Both the position numbers and the translations under genes were made by a program. Positions 1 through 9,003 of a stretch of DNA of 64,000 nt are shown one piece after another (within the stretch, counting starts at the first letter, position 1; each line of letters opens with the position of its first letter). This DNA comes from a virus: the IMG/VR virus record IMGVR_UViG_3300034417_000014, positions 25,847-89,846 of that record, one strand, 5' to 3'. The notes below the pieces were generated by a model. It saw only the letters and a program-made list of their open reading frames with translations, did not search any database and was not told where the DNA came from.

Positions 1-156
1 CTCACCGCAAAGAAAAGGATCAGGGAAGGTAAGAACTTACTTGAAACCTGGTCTCCCAAAGGTGCAATGAAACTCCAGATAGAAGCTGAGATGCAATCCT
101 GGAAAGAGTTGTACAACAAAGCGAAGTTCTTCTGGCAAAAAGAGATTGACCTCTAG
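1..156 (+). CDS. 3' end of a hypothetical early protein (truncated by window edge)
   Basis: Open frame from position 1 (LTAKKRIREG...WQKEIDL) to TAG at 154-156, overlapping the next promoter element. Confidence 0.6.
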   Translation, partial: LTAKKRIREGKNLLETWSPKGAMKLQIEAEMQSWKELYNKAKFFWQKEIDL

Positions 157-204
157 GACTTCCGGAAGTATACTGTACACACATTAACGCAACGGGACAA
201 GAAT

Positions 205-429
205 ATGGAACATTTCCCCTCCCAACAAGCTGCACTACAATGGATGGTCGAAGAACTTAATCAGAAAGATGAGTTCTGTATTGACAACGTGAGGTTTGCA
301 TTTAAGGATGACCCCGTTGCAATAGAGCACTACGAAGAGAAACGCGACAGTGGATGCTGTGGCAGCACTGACATGGATGTGAAAATCCTTGGCCGATTGG
401 CAACAATAGGCTGTAACTACGGACACTGA
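205..429 (+). CDS. small hypothetical early protein
   Basis: ORF follows the promoter at 146-174 and an RBS; has a GCCGS motif and ends in GCNYGH. Confidence 0.8.
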   Translation: MEHFPSQQAALQWMVEELNQKDEFCIDNVRFAFKDDPVAIEHYEEKRDSGCCGSTDMDVKILGRLATIGCNYGH

Positions 430-430
430 A

Positions 431-661
431 ATGAAAGTTGTACACCCGGCATATAAGTTTGTCGACTACATGGGGAACAGAATCCCGGTTCCCACCCACA
501 CTAGATTTATCGCAATGGATGCTGGCCACCACATACATGCGTTTCCTTACAAGCCAGTATACGGTGGCCTCGCTTGGGTATGTGACGGTAACGAATACAC
601 CCTCCTAGGCAAAGTTGAAACTGACTTACTCCCTGAACAGACACTGGTAGAAATCAAATGA
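431..661 (+). CDS. small hypothetical early protein
   Basis: Tightly coupled to the previous ORF; FIAMDAG motif typical of small phage proteins. Confidence 0.75.
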   Translation: MKVVHPAYKFVDYMGNRIPVPTHTRFIAMDAGHHIHAFPYKPVYGGLAWVCDGNEYTLLGKVETDLLPEQTLVEIK

Positions 662-870
662 AATACTTCCATCACTTTTGTGGCGTGCTTGGGTTGTACA
701 ATGTTGCCGTTGGCATATTAAAACTTCTGCAAGCATACAACACAGCAGAGTTGACAATTGGCATCACTGTGATATGTATGCTTGTCATGGCACTCAACAT
801 ATGGGGATTGATTATCCCATCCCTTAAACGTCTTCAGGCTGCAAATGAATCTACTGAACCTAATACCTAG
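658..870 (+). CDS. small membrane protein
   Basis: ATGA overlap; two hydrophobic segments. Confidence 0.65.
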   Translation: MKYFHHFCGVLGLYNVAVGILKLLQAYNTAELTIGITVICMLVMALNIWGLIIPSLKRLQAANESTEPNT

Positions 871-1120
871 GGCTGTTGCGTTTGTTACAGACTCTCTAGA
901 AGCAATCCCTTGGATTAAGAACCAGCGGCAAATCTTCCGTGCAAATAAGGAACGTGTAGCTAAGGCGCTGTTTGCTTTAGAAGTCGTGATTATGGTTGCA
1001 GTAATATACACCCTTTTCAATCCAATGCAAACTAATTTCCAAGAGCTCTTTTTCTTTTGGGCAATTGTGTTTGGGATTCTTCTAGATACTTACACTAGGT
1101 ATGTGGTTGACATTCGGTAA
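845..1120 (+). CDS. small membrane protein
   Basis: Two hydrophobic segments in the C-terminal half; continuous gene packing. Confidence 0.65.
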   Translation: MNLLNLIPRAVAFVTDSLEAIPWIKNQRQIFRANKERVAKALFALEVVIMVAVIYTLFNPMQTNFQELFFFWAIVFGILLDTYTRYVVDIR

Positions 1121-1157
1121 ATACCTAGCTAACATGTATCCAAGGAAGGAGTAGTAT

Positions 1158-1412
1158 ATGATTAGAAAGTATGGCCAATGGCTTATCGATCACAACTGTC
1201 GCTGGGTGCTACACACGATTGTCGTAGTGTATGCTGCACTAGCATTGATCCCTGTCAGCACGTATGCAGCGTTCTGTGCGTTCATAGACACCGTCGCACT
1301 AATGTTCCGCGATACTAAGGCAGTAATGGATCAAGTCAACGAAGCTAAGACTTCCCAGAAGATTATGGTTGACAAACTTGCACACTACAACGAGGACAAC
1401 TACGATGTTTAA
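1158..1412 (+). CDS. small membrane protein
   Basis: AAGGAG RBS; one hydrophobic segment. Confidence 0.75.
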   Translation: MIRKYGQWLIDHNCRWVLHTIVVVYAALALIPVSTYAAFCAFIDTVALMFRDTKAVMDQVNEAKTSQKIMVDKLAHYNEDNYDV

Positions 1413-1572
1413 GGCAATCAATGACTGGCTATATCGAACGTTTACTGAGCCGTTTGTTCCAGTTGACATCACATATCTCCCTGTAGTAAAATTGGAACCC
1501 GGGGATCTTGAAGGCTTCCCAGTCAAAATACAAGAGAAAGAATTAGAACCTCTCCCACCATTTATCTATTGA
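1405..1572 (+). CDS. small hypothetical protein (MFKAINDW...)
   Basis: GAGGA RBS before ATG 1405; its TGA stop lies inside the TTGACA box of the next element. Confidence 0.6.
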   Translation: MFKAINDWLYRTFTEPFVPVDITYLPVVKLEPGDLEGFPVKIQEKELEPLPPFIY

Positions 1573-1628
1573 CATTCACTTCCTTGTCACTTATAATGTT
1601 TACACACTAAACAACTAGGTACAAGCAA

Positions 1629-2042
1629 ATGGCATATGTATCCCAAGACTTTAAAAAGAAAGTTTCCCCGATCATTAAGCAGATCATGCAGAAGTACAAA
1701 CTGCGTGGCAGCTTGTCAGTAAACCATCACTCAACGCTTGTACTTACTATTAAGCAGGGCGAGCTTGACATCATTGGCAACTACAACGCACAGCTGAAAG
1801 AACGTAACCACACTGGCGAGCTAGTTTGCTACCGTGAGAAGTACATGGATGTCAACACATATTGGATTGGCGAACAGTACACTGGCAAAGTTAAAGAATG
1901 CTTGGAAGAGATTTTAGTTGCAATGAAGGGTCCAGACTTTTTTGACAAGACGGACATTATGACTGACTACTTCCACGTGTCACACTACATTAACATCCAT
2001 GTAGGTCGTTGGGATAAGCCCTACGTTGTGCAAGCTGCATGA
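1629..2042 (+). CDS. conserved-looking phage early protein with D-x-MTDYF motif
   Basis: Own promoter element; C-terminal DKTDIMTDYFHV motif recalled from phage early proteins. Confidence 0.85.
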   Translation: MAYVSQDFKKKVSPIIKQIMQKYKLRGSLSVNHHSTLVLTIKQGELDIIGNYNAQLKERNHTGELVCYREKYMDVNTYWIGEQYTGKVKECLEEILVAMKGPDFFDKTDIMTDYFHVSHYINIHVGRWDKPYVVQAA

Positions 2043-2266
2043 ACAAGCAGCGCATCATTATAGTAGACGAGTACGGTCCCGGCCGTGCTCAACTAGTAGC
2101 AGCGATCGAAGCACTGGGCATGGTAGTTTGTGAGCCCAGTGGCCACGGGTTGACAATTAAACTAACTGACGGCATGGAACATCTCGCGGAGTGTCGCATT
2201 GTAGATCCAGTCGAGAAGCCTTACTGGCAACGCAACAGTGGCAAAGGTAAACGCAAAAAGTGGTAG
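2039..2266 (+). CDS. small hypothetical protein
   Basis: ATGA overlap; basic C-terminus. Confidence 0.7.
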   Translation: MNKQRIIIVDEYGPGRAQLVAAIEALGMVVCEPSGHGLTIKLTDGMEHLAECRIVDPVEKPYWQRNSGKGKRKKW

Positions 2267-2370
2267 ACCAAGATGACCTACCTGTACAGATTTATCAACC
2301 AAGATGACCTGCAGAAAAAACCTAACCTCCAATGATTTTCTGCAGGTTTTATCTACAGAAATTGCCTAAC
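2267..2370. repeat. intergenic CCT(A/G)CAGAAA / CCAAGATGACCT repeat cluster
   Basis: ACCAAGATGACCT twice; CAGAAAAAACCTAACCTCCAA also occurs near 10004-10025. Confidence 0.7.
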
Positions 2371-2459
2371 AAGAAAGACTTTTCAAAATCGTTTTATCAA
2401 TAATTGACAACTAACTCTTTTCCACTTATAATGTTTACACACTAAGCAGGACAGATACA

Positions 2460-2663
2460 ATGGCAAGCGTGTTTACTGTAACACTAGCAGGCAGTGGCGA
2501 ACAAGAAGAGATCCTGATCGATGTTACGGACAGAGACAGCCTAGACTACTTCAAAGTGAACTCTGGCTGTTTAGAGTTTTACTCCCGCAATCAGTTTACT
2601 ATCTATGCTCCAGGAACGTGGACACTAGTGACTTCTAAAGAGGTGCAGGCCGGTGCGTGGTAA
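2460..2663 (+). CDS. small hypothetical early protein
   Basis: Promoter element at 2404; AGGA RBS. Confidence 0.8.
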   Translation: MASVFTVTLAGSGEQEEILIDVTDRDSLDYFKVNSGCLEFYSRNQFTIYAPGTWTLVTSKEVQAGAW

Positions 2664-2916
2664 GTATAGCCCGACAATCTCCGAAGCATACTATAACGAC
2701 CAGAAGTGGTTCGAAAGATATGCGAACGGCGAACAATATGATCCAGAAGGTTATGACTCGTACGGCTATGATGTTTACGACATTGACAGAGCTGGCAACC
2801 ACGAGAACGAATACTGTCGAGATGATCCTAACAGTGACTTCAACTCTAAGTATGATGCTGCACAACTGGATTGGGGATTCGATGGGACTAAGCCAGTACT
2901 AATCTCCGCAGCATAG
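2653..2916 (+). CDS. acidic protein with GYD-type repeats
   Basis: GAGG RBS with GTG start; YDPEGYDSYGYD motif. Confidence 0.75.
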   Translation: MRGKYSPTISEAYYNDQKWFERYANGEQYDPEGYDSYGYDVYDIDRAGNHENEYCRDDPNSDFNSKYDAAQLDWGFDGTKPVLISAA

Positions 2917-3099
2917 CATCGCCGCAAGCGCATGTCAACCGCCTACCTCCAGTCTCCACCAGCTTGCATAGTATAGCATCGCTGCCTGGGACCTGTCAAC
3001 CGAAAATGGAAAAATCTGCAAAAATCTTCAAAAATTCTAGACCTCAGCCAACCGCTGCTGCCATGGTGACAAGCTACGCGATCCCGCAATAGGTGTCAA
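2910..3099 (-). promoter_or_regulatory. three tandem leftward sigma70-like promoters
   Basis: Minus strand: TTGACA(2938-2933)-17-TATGCT; TTGACA(2999-2994)-18-TATACT; TTGACA(3099-3094)-17-TAGCTT. Confidence 0.6.
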
Positions 3100-3183
3100 C
3101 CTATTTTGTTGCAACAAAGTGGTAGACATTTGGGAGATTGCTTGCTATAATGTTTACACACTAAAGCAAAGCGGAGCTACAAA

Positions 3184-3399
3184 ATGAAAGTAACTGTAAA
3201 TAACACTACTGTAACTGTCAACAACAAAGACCTCCCCAGCGCGGGGAACGTTACGCTGCTGCAAAATACTGTAGAAGTTGTTGACGACGAGCTGCGTTTT
3301 GTTGTAGTATGTAACCCTGGCTCGCGGGAACCCAAGCGCCAATATGCTTGCGCGTTCACAATGCACGGGGAGCTATTAGGCTACTTTACAGTTAATTAA
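3184..3399 (+). CDS. small hypothetical early protein
   Basis: Promoter element 3123; GGAG RBS. Confidence 0.8.
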   Translation: MKVTVNNTTVTVNNKDLPSAGNVTLLQNTVEVVDDELRFVVVCNPGSREPKRQYACAFTMHGELLGYFTVN

Positions 3400-3498
3400 T
3401 TTACAAAAGTCAAGCACTTTATGTTGTGTAAAGTGCTTGCTCTTCCACTTTCGTTCCGCTATAATGCTAACACACAAACAGCAAAGCAGGGCCAAAAA

Positions 3499-3663
3499 AT
3501 GCAACAGCAACTTACAGTTCAAGATTTCGAAATCGACCTGCAAAAACTTGCTATCCGCTACAAGTCCAAAAACGTGCAGCGCAAAGCAGCGGGCCGCCTT
3601 GTTATTTCATTCTACGCACACATTGCCCCACAATGCAAGCAAATCATTGCCGCTAAGTATTAA
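3499..3663 (+). CDS. 54 aa basic early protein, paralog of 11342-11512
   Basis: Promoter element 3437; AGGG RBS; shares QDF.ID and YAHIAPQC with 11342-11512. Confidence 0.8.
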   Translation: MQQQLTVQDFEIDLQKLAIRYKSKNVQRKAAGRLVISFYAHIAPQCKQIIAAKY

Positions 3664-3755
3664 AAACAAAATGCAGGCACTGTAAAAAGTGCTTGCTCTT
3701 CCACTTTCGTTCCGCTATAATGTTTACACACTAAACAACAAGGGAACACAACAAG

Positions 3756-3944
3756 ATGCCTACTGTATACGCGCAGATTGCAGCATTGCTTAAAAACACA
3801 ACAGCAGAGCTAACTACAGAGGAAGTACGCGAGATGCTTGCAGACGGGGACACTGCAGACTTGTTAGCGCGTGTTACGTGCAATATACAAGACGAGGACA
3901 TAGTTGCGCAAGTAGAGACGCTTGTAGAGCAAGCAACAGATTAA
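3756..3944 (+). CDS. small acidic early protein
   Basis: Promoter element 3693; AAGGGA RBS. Confidence 0.8.
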   Translation: MPTVYAQIAALLKNTTAELTTEEVREMLADGDTADLLARVTCNIQDEDIVAQVETLVEQATD

Positions 3945-4017
3945 AAAGTGGTAGACAAGCGGCAAGGACGCTGCTATAATGTTTACACACTAACAGCAGC
4001 GCAACGGAGCAACAACT

Positions 4018-4377
4018 ATGTCGTACACGGAATCTTATACCTACGTCGAGGCACAATCTACGCTAACTAATGCCCAAGTGCTTGACTTCTGCAAAACCTT
4101 GCAATTGCAAGCGCCTGCTATCAACGCGCATAAAATTATGCAAAAAGCAACCAAAGTCTACGACCTGGACGACGACGTTATAGCATTAAGCAACGCCACA
4201 GTCAAGACAATTATGCAAGTCCTCAACCTTACGGAAGAGCAATTAAGCTGCCTGCATAGCGAGTTTAGTTTTAACAGCTCTACCGCCGAGGTTGACAGCG
4301 ACCTAATATTTGTGCGTCTGCTACGCGACACTAGCAAGTACATTTCGGAATGGGAGGCTATTGTAGCAGACCAATAA
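4018..4377 (+). CDS. hypothetical early protein
   Basis: Promoter element 3952; GGAG RBS. Confidence 0.8.
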   Translation: MSYTESYTYVEAQSTLTNAQVLDFCKTLQLQAPAINAHKIMQKATKVYDLDDDVIALSNATVKTIMQVLNLTEEQLSCLHSEFSFNSSTAEVDSDLIFVRLLRDTSKYISEWEAIVADQ

Positions 4378-4473
4378 ACAAAATGCAAGCACTTTATGTT
4401 GTGTAAAGTGCTTGCTCTTTCACTTTAGTTCCACTATAATGTTTACACACTAAAGCAAACGGGAACTAAGAAA

Positions 4474-4686
4474 ATGGCACTTAACATTGTAGTAAGCGAA
4501 GCTACTGTCGAGGGCACCCGCACTATTTCGATCAACGGCCAACCTACTGCGTACAAAATGCAACTAGACGAGAAGGGCTGGTGGCTTGTAACATACGGCG
4601 AGGAGTTTGTCGACTACTTTTTGCACTTGCATTGCATTTATTACACAATTGAAATAGACTACACAATTATCCGCAAAATGGGTTGA
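4474..4686 (+). CDS. small hypothetical early protein
   Basis: Promoter element 4412; stop codon lies inside the next -35 box. Confidence 0.8.
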   Translation: MALNIVVSEATVEGTRTISINGQPTAYKMQLDEKGWWLVTYGEEFVDYFLHLHCIYYTIEIDYTIIRKMG

Positions 4687-4742
4687 CATTCCTTTCCACT
4701 TTCGTTATAATGTTTACACACTAAACAAACGGAGTAGTAAAA

Positions 4743-4934
4743 ATGCTAACAGCAGAAGACGGCGCAAAGATGAAAGATCTCAAGGCGCGTGTATTGGCAA
4801 ACAAGCCAGTCTCCGATGTTGAGAAGCAGTGGATCTTGGATAAGCTAAAGCAAGAGAAGTCGCTTGTCAACCCCAAAGTTGTACAAGCTGCGCGCAACAG
4901 TGGCTTCAACGTAGATGGGATACTTGTCAAGTGA
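4743..4934 (+). CDS. small hypothetical early protein
   Basis: Promoter element 4683; GGAG RBS. Confidence 0.8.
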   Translation: MLTAEDGAKMKDLKARVLANKPVSDVEKQWILDKLKQEKSLVNPKVVQAARNSGFNVDGILVK

Positions 4935-5152
4935 AATTACTCGATCCGTTGCTTCCCTTCTTGTCAATACACGGAAACACGTACATTGTCAAGTCTGGCC
5001 ATATTGTTCGGAGCAATGACGTAGACGTTAGCTTCTTTTACGTGGAAGGTCAACAGGTCATTGCATACTTTGAGAACGAGCAGGACGGGGCCTACGAGGA
5101 AGTTATTCACAGTCTAAGCGTAATAAAAGTATTCGAAAGAGTTGACTTTTAG
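4931..5152 (+). CDS. small hypothetical protein
   Basis: GTGA overlap with the previous ORF. Confidence 0.7.
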   Translation: MKLLDPLLPFLSIHGNTYIVKSGHIVRSNDVDVSFFYVEGQQVIAYFENEQDGAYEEVIHSLSVIKVFERVDF

Positions 5153-5201
5153 TTCCACTTCCGCTATTATGTTTACACACTAAACAACTAGGTGCAAGCA
5201 A

Positions 5202-5420
5202 ATGGCGGAATACACTTTAGTTAGACAGCAAAAGAAGAGCAGCGGGTTCTCCGGGTACCTCCTGGAGCATGGGGAACAAGTCGCAGCAGTCACCCGACCA
5301 AACGGAACAGTGCGGGATTATAAAGTCCGGTGGTTCACTGATCGTGCTATAGCACGTTTCCAAACGTATTGCAACTGCCTATCCATCGAAGAAACACTCG
5401 AGGCATTAGAGCCAAAATAG
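5202..5420 (+). CDS. small hypothetical early protein
   Basis: Promoter element 5142; AGGT RBS. Confidence 0.8.
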   Translation: MAEYTLVRQQKKSSGFSGYLLEHGEQVAAVTRPNGTVRDYKVRWFTDRAIARFQTYCNCLSIEETLEALEPK

Positions 5421-5484
5421 TGGTAGACAAGCGGGGGAAACCCCGCTATAATGTTTACATACTAAAGCAAACGGAGCAAAGAAC

Positions 5485-5844
5485 ATGATCGAAGACTACA
5501 GCACAATCAAAGTTGGGCAGCAAGTATCCGTACAAAGCAGAGGGCACTCTGAGGGCGTTTACGAGGTAACTAAAGTAAACAAGATGCGCGTAGAAGTCAA
5601 GCGTATATCCGACGGATACGAACGTGCGTTTTCTGTCAAGACCCAAATTGAACTTAACCGACTTTACCGCGATCGTTACAACACAGCGCGCATTGAAACA
5701 GTGCATACCAAAATGGTGCGGGAAGCATGCGAAGCAGCGCGTAGAATTAAGCGTGAACTGTTTGACAAAGCTGCAGAAGCAGCTACACGTAACCATCTCG
5801 CAGATCTCAAAGAACTTGTCCAACAACTCGAAAACTTAGCATAA
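5485..5844 (+). CDS. hypothetical early protein (SH3-like N-terminus, helical C-terminus)
   Basis: Promoter element 5424; IKVGQQV...VTKVNK pattern. Confidence 0.8.
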   Translation: MIEDYSTIKVGQQVSVQSRGHSEGVYEVTKVNKMRVEVKRISDGYERAFSVKTQIELNRLYRDRYNTARIETVHTKMVREACEAARRIKRELFDKAAEAATRNHLADLKELVQQLENLA

Positions 5845-5854
5845 GGAAGGGGCA

Positions 5855-6166
5855 ATGTCAATGGTCAACCCAATCATCGTAGTATTGTGTTCCGTAGCAG
5901 TCCTATTCGTAGTAGGCTACATAGCTGTCCAGGGTGGCGTGAAGGAGTCACTGTGCGCGTTCCTTTGCTTTACAGCAGCAACAGTCACGATCATAACCTA
6001 CAACGCAGGGCACGGGAATCTTGTTGCTATGGGCTTTACAGGGGCGGTGGCGCTGCTCATGGCGTGCATGTGGTCATGGAAAAATCCACTCAACAAGGCA
6101 CTAACCCTCCTCCTAATACTAACAGCACTCTTGAACTCTGTCAACTTTTATCATTTGTTTAAATAG
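5855..6166 (+). CDS. multi-pass membrane protein
   Basis: AAGGAAGG RBS; about four hydrophobic segments. Confidence 0.75.
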   Translation: MSMVNPIIVVLCSVAVLFVVGYIAVQGGVKESLCAFLCFTAATVTIITYNAGHGNLVAMGFTGAVALLMACMWSWKNPLNKALTLLLILTALLNSVNFYHLFK

Positions 6167-6229
6167 TGGTAGACAAGTGGGTGAAAGCCCGCTATAATGT
6201 TTACATACTAAACAAACGGAGTAAAGCAA

Positions 6230-6517
6230 ATGGCTAAGCAAACAATGAAGCACAAAGTTAAAGCATTGTTGGACGAGAACGGCTTGGAATATGGCCGCAA
6301 CAAAGCAGGCGACATTGTAGTGCGCAAGGGCTACTTTTACAAAGGCAACGCTACGCACGAAGCATTGGCAACGCGCATTATGGGAATGTTGACACAGGAA
6401 GGATTACGTGCTACGGTGGTCGAGTCCTACGATCAATGGGCCCCGTTTAACGGCGGGGCAAGCACTGCAAAAAACTCCCACTTCGCAGTTGTACTCCGCG
6501 TAACAGAGGAAGCGTAA
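6230..6517 (+). CDS. hypothetical early protein
   Basis: Promoter element 6170; GGAG RBS. Confidence 0.85.
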   Translation: MAKQTMKHKVKALLDENGLEYGRNKAGDIVVRKGYFYKGNATHEALATRIMGMLTQEGLRATVVESYDQWAPFNGGASTAKNSHFAVVLRVTEEA

Positions 6518-6831
6518 ATAGTGGTAGACAAGCGGGGGAAACCCCGCTATAATGTTTACATACTAAACAAGTGGAGCAAAGCAAATGGCACATACATTTA
6601 CAACTTGGAATGCTTATGTAAACAATCGTAAGATTGACAGCGCGCATTACTTGTCGTCCATGACCAAAGAGGACGTGACCAAAGATATGCAAGTGTGGGC
6701 AGATTATTTCCTCCCTGTCAAGAAGGCATCCAAAATTGTAGTGCGCAAAGCCCGCAAATAGTGGTAGACAAGCGGGGGAAACCCCGCTATAATGTTTACA
6801 TACTAAACAAGTGGAGCAAAGCAAATGGCAC
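6516..6831 (+). repeat. perfect 76 bp direct repeat (6516-6591 and 6756-6831) flanking a 240 bp gene cassette
   Basis: AAATAGTGGTAGACAAGCGGGGGAAACCCCGCTATAATG...GCAAATGGCAC is identical in both copies. Confidence 0.95.
6585..6761 (+). CDS. 58 aa hypothetical early protein (MAHTFTTWNAY...), absent from the ORF track
   Basis: Promoter element 6525; GGAG RBS; TAG stop supplied by the next repeat copy. Confidence 0.8.
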   Translation: MAHTFTTWNAYVNNRKIDSAHYLSSMTKEDVTKDMQVWADYFLPVKKASKIVVRKARK

Positions 6832-7034
6832 GCAACATGTTAACATTGGAAACAGTACACGGCGTAATGTTTTGCAAGCTGGGAGCAAAGCGTCCAACCC
6901 CAGCGCAAGCGGCTACAGCACTGGAACAACTGTCCCCAGTAGTATACGCTAAACAAGTTTTGGGCGTACAGCGGGCAGCAGACAGCACTACAGCAGCGGT
7001 CCTGCGCTACTTGGAAGCAATTAAAAACGGTTAA
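6825..7034 (+). CDS. small hypothetical early protein
   Basis: Promoter element 6765; GGAG RBS. Confidence 0.8.
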   Translation: MARNMLTLETVHGVMFCKLGAKRPTPAQAATALEQLSPVVYAKQVLGVQRAADSTTAAVLRYLEAIKNG

Positions 7035-7113
7035 GAAAGATGCAATAAGTGGTAGACAAACGAAAGTTTACCACTTATAATGTTTACACACTAAAGCAAA
7101 CGAGTAAACAAAT

Positions 7114-7332
7114 ATGTTTCAAATATCCGGCTTTTACTTAGACCAAAAATTGGTTGACTTGTTCGACAAACTCACAGCAGTGCCAAACGTGCAGGCAGGG
7201 CAAGTGGCAGCGGGTATGAACGTGGCGTTGGGACAATTGACCAACTGCCGCACAATCCAAACTGCAAAGGACTTGACTTCTTTTGTAGAGGCAGTTGAAC
7301 ACTTTAAAGAAAACGAAACAGAAAAAGGTTGA
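7114..7332 (+). CDS. small hypothetical early protein
   Basis: Promoter element 7053; stop lies inside the next -35 box. Confidence 0.8.
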   Translation: MFQISGFYLDQKLVDLFDKLTAVPNVQAGQVAAGMNVALGQLTNCRTIQTAKDLTSFVEAVEHFKENETEKG

Positions 7333-7403
7333 CTTACCGAAACACTTCCACTATACTGTTAACACTTAAACAAACAACTTAACTAGCAAACGGAGCAACA
7401 GAA

Positions 7404-7784
7404 ATGAAAAAATTCACAGTAGCGGGTTTTAGCGTTTCCGAGAAAGGCGAACACAAAATGCGTTTTGCCAATCATCCAAACCGTGTACGTGTACTGCACT
7501 ATGCCGGCCACACAGACATCCAACTGTACAAGCTGCCACGCGCAATGGACAAGGACAAAGCTACAGCATGGCTGGAAGCAGGCTCCTACAAAGAGGTTGA
7601 GCAGATTGCATATGCTCCCCGCGCTGAAGCAGCTCCAAAAGAAGCTACACCAAAAACAAAGAAAGTCAAGACATTGACTTTTGAGCAAGCACTTGAACAG
7701 ATCCCATTGCGCGAGAAAGGACGCTTTATTAAGAAGGCAGTGCGCGAGGAAATGGCACGGGAGCTGATGGCAGCACAGGCGTAA
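7404..7784 (+). CDS. conserved hypothetical protein of large T4-like phages
   Basis: FTVAG...KMRFAN...GHTDIQL.KLP..M.K pattern; own promoter and GGAG RBS. Confidence 0.85.
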   Translation: MKKFTVAGFSVSEKGEHKMRFANHPNRVRVLHYAGHTDIQLYKLPRAMDKDKATAWLEAGSYKEVEQIAYAPRAEAAPKEATPKTKKVKTLTFEQALEQIPLREKGRFIKKAVREEMARELMAAQA

Positions 7785-7891
7785 CACAATCCCTCCAACA
7801 GAGCAAGCACTTTAAATAACATAAGGTGCTTGCTCTTTCTTTTCACTTTGCTTATAATACTTACACACAAACAGCAAAGGGAACACAAAAA

Positions 7892-8185
7892 ATGACTACT
7901 TATGTTAAACTTGTTAAATGCAATGTTAGCAGCATTTGGGAAGACATGTGTAGCTGCAACTACAACGAGCTGGGCGAGAGCTATACAGTAGCAACAGACG
8001 AAGACGAGGAAATGGTCTACGCTGACGACGTTGTTGTTGACAAAGTAGTAGAAGCTAGTGTAGTAACTATGATTGGCAGCGCGGGCGGGGAAGTACGCTG
8101 TTTTGAAGAGACGCACAAAGTTTTGCTTGACAAAGACGGAAACGTGTTTATTTTAGAAGACGATTTTGAGGAGTATTTTTGCTAA
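7892..8185 (+). CDS. highly acidic early protein (possible DNA mimic)
   Basis: Promoter element 7830; AAGGGA RBS before ATG 7892; D/E-rich. Confidence 0.8.
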   Translation: MTTYVKLVKCNVSSIWEDMCSCNYNELGESYTVATDEDEEMVYADDVVVDKVVEASVVTMIGSAGGEVRCFEETHKVLLDKDGNVFILEDDFEEYFC

Positions 8186-8262
8186 TAGCGTAACAAAGTG
8201 GTAGACAACAGGGACGTTGTTTGCTATTATGTTTACACACTAAAGCAAACGGAGCAGCGCAA

Positions 8263-8406
8263 ATGAAGATCGAAGCATACGGCGTGAAGGGCATGAAGAG
8301 CAAGCAATGGAGCAAAACCTTTGCAAGTGAAGCAGCAATGGAAGCGTGGTGCGAGAAGAACGATGCGCAAGTCCTGGGCTACAGGGAGGCAGAGCAAAGC
8401 AAGTAA
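8263..8406 (+). CDS. 47 aa early protein (MKIEAYGVKGMKSK...)
   Basis: Promoter element 8202; GGAG RBS before ATG 8263. Confidence 0.8.
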   Translation: MKIEAYGVKGMKSKQWSKTFASEAAMEAWCEKNDAQVLGYREAEQSK

Positions 8407-8465
8407 ATAATGGTAGACTAGCGGGGGAAACCCCGCTATACTGTCTGCACATTAAAGGAGCACAC

Positions 8466-8693
8466 ATGGAAACAAAAGTTAAAGACGTATTAAAAACACT
8501 CATGAAGAACCGTTGCAGTGAACTTTCCAGAACGGTTGACGGCCTTGGCAAAAAGATGCGTGAGGCAAAGAACGATCCTGACAAACTAGCAGAAGTCAAG
8601 CTGTTGTATGCTGAGTACAGGGGCAGGCTAGAAGAAGCAAAGAACGGATATCGTCAACTAGAAACTGCAGAACAATTAGCTAAGAACGGTTGA
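8466..8693 (+). CDS. small coiled-coil early protein
   Basis: Promoter element 8414; AAGGAG RBS before ATG 8466. Confidence 0.8.
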   Translation: METKVKDVLKTLMKNRCSELSRTVDGLGKKMREAKNDPDKLAEVKLLYAEYRGRLEEAKNGYRQLETAEQLAKNG

Positions 8694-8749
8694 CTTCCCA
8701 CTTCCATACCGCTATAATGTTTACACACTAAACAAGCGGAGCAACTAGC

Positions 8750-8938
8750 ATGTCCAACAACGTAGCCAAGCAACTAGCAGATAACAAGATCCCGTTTACT
8801 ACTAAGCGCACAATGAGCAACGGGTTCCACGGCACAGTGTTTTTGTTCCCTACAAGATACGCTGCTGTCAAGGCACAGAAGGTTACTGGCCTCACGTGGA
8901 CACGCTACAACAAAGAGTGGCAGTTTACAACCTATTAA
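8750..8938 (+). CDS. small hypothetical early protein
   Basis: Promoter element 8690; GGAG RBS. Confidence 0.8.
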   Translation: MSNNVAKQLADNKIPFTTKRTMSNGFHGTVFLFPTRYAAVKAQKVTGLTWTRYNKEWQFTTY

Positions 8939-9003
8939 TGTGGTTGACATGTGGAAAGGATTCCACTATAATGTTTACACACTAAGCAACTGAGTACAAG
9001 AAC

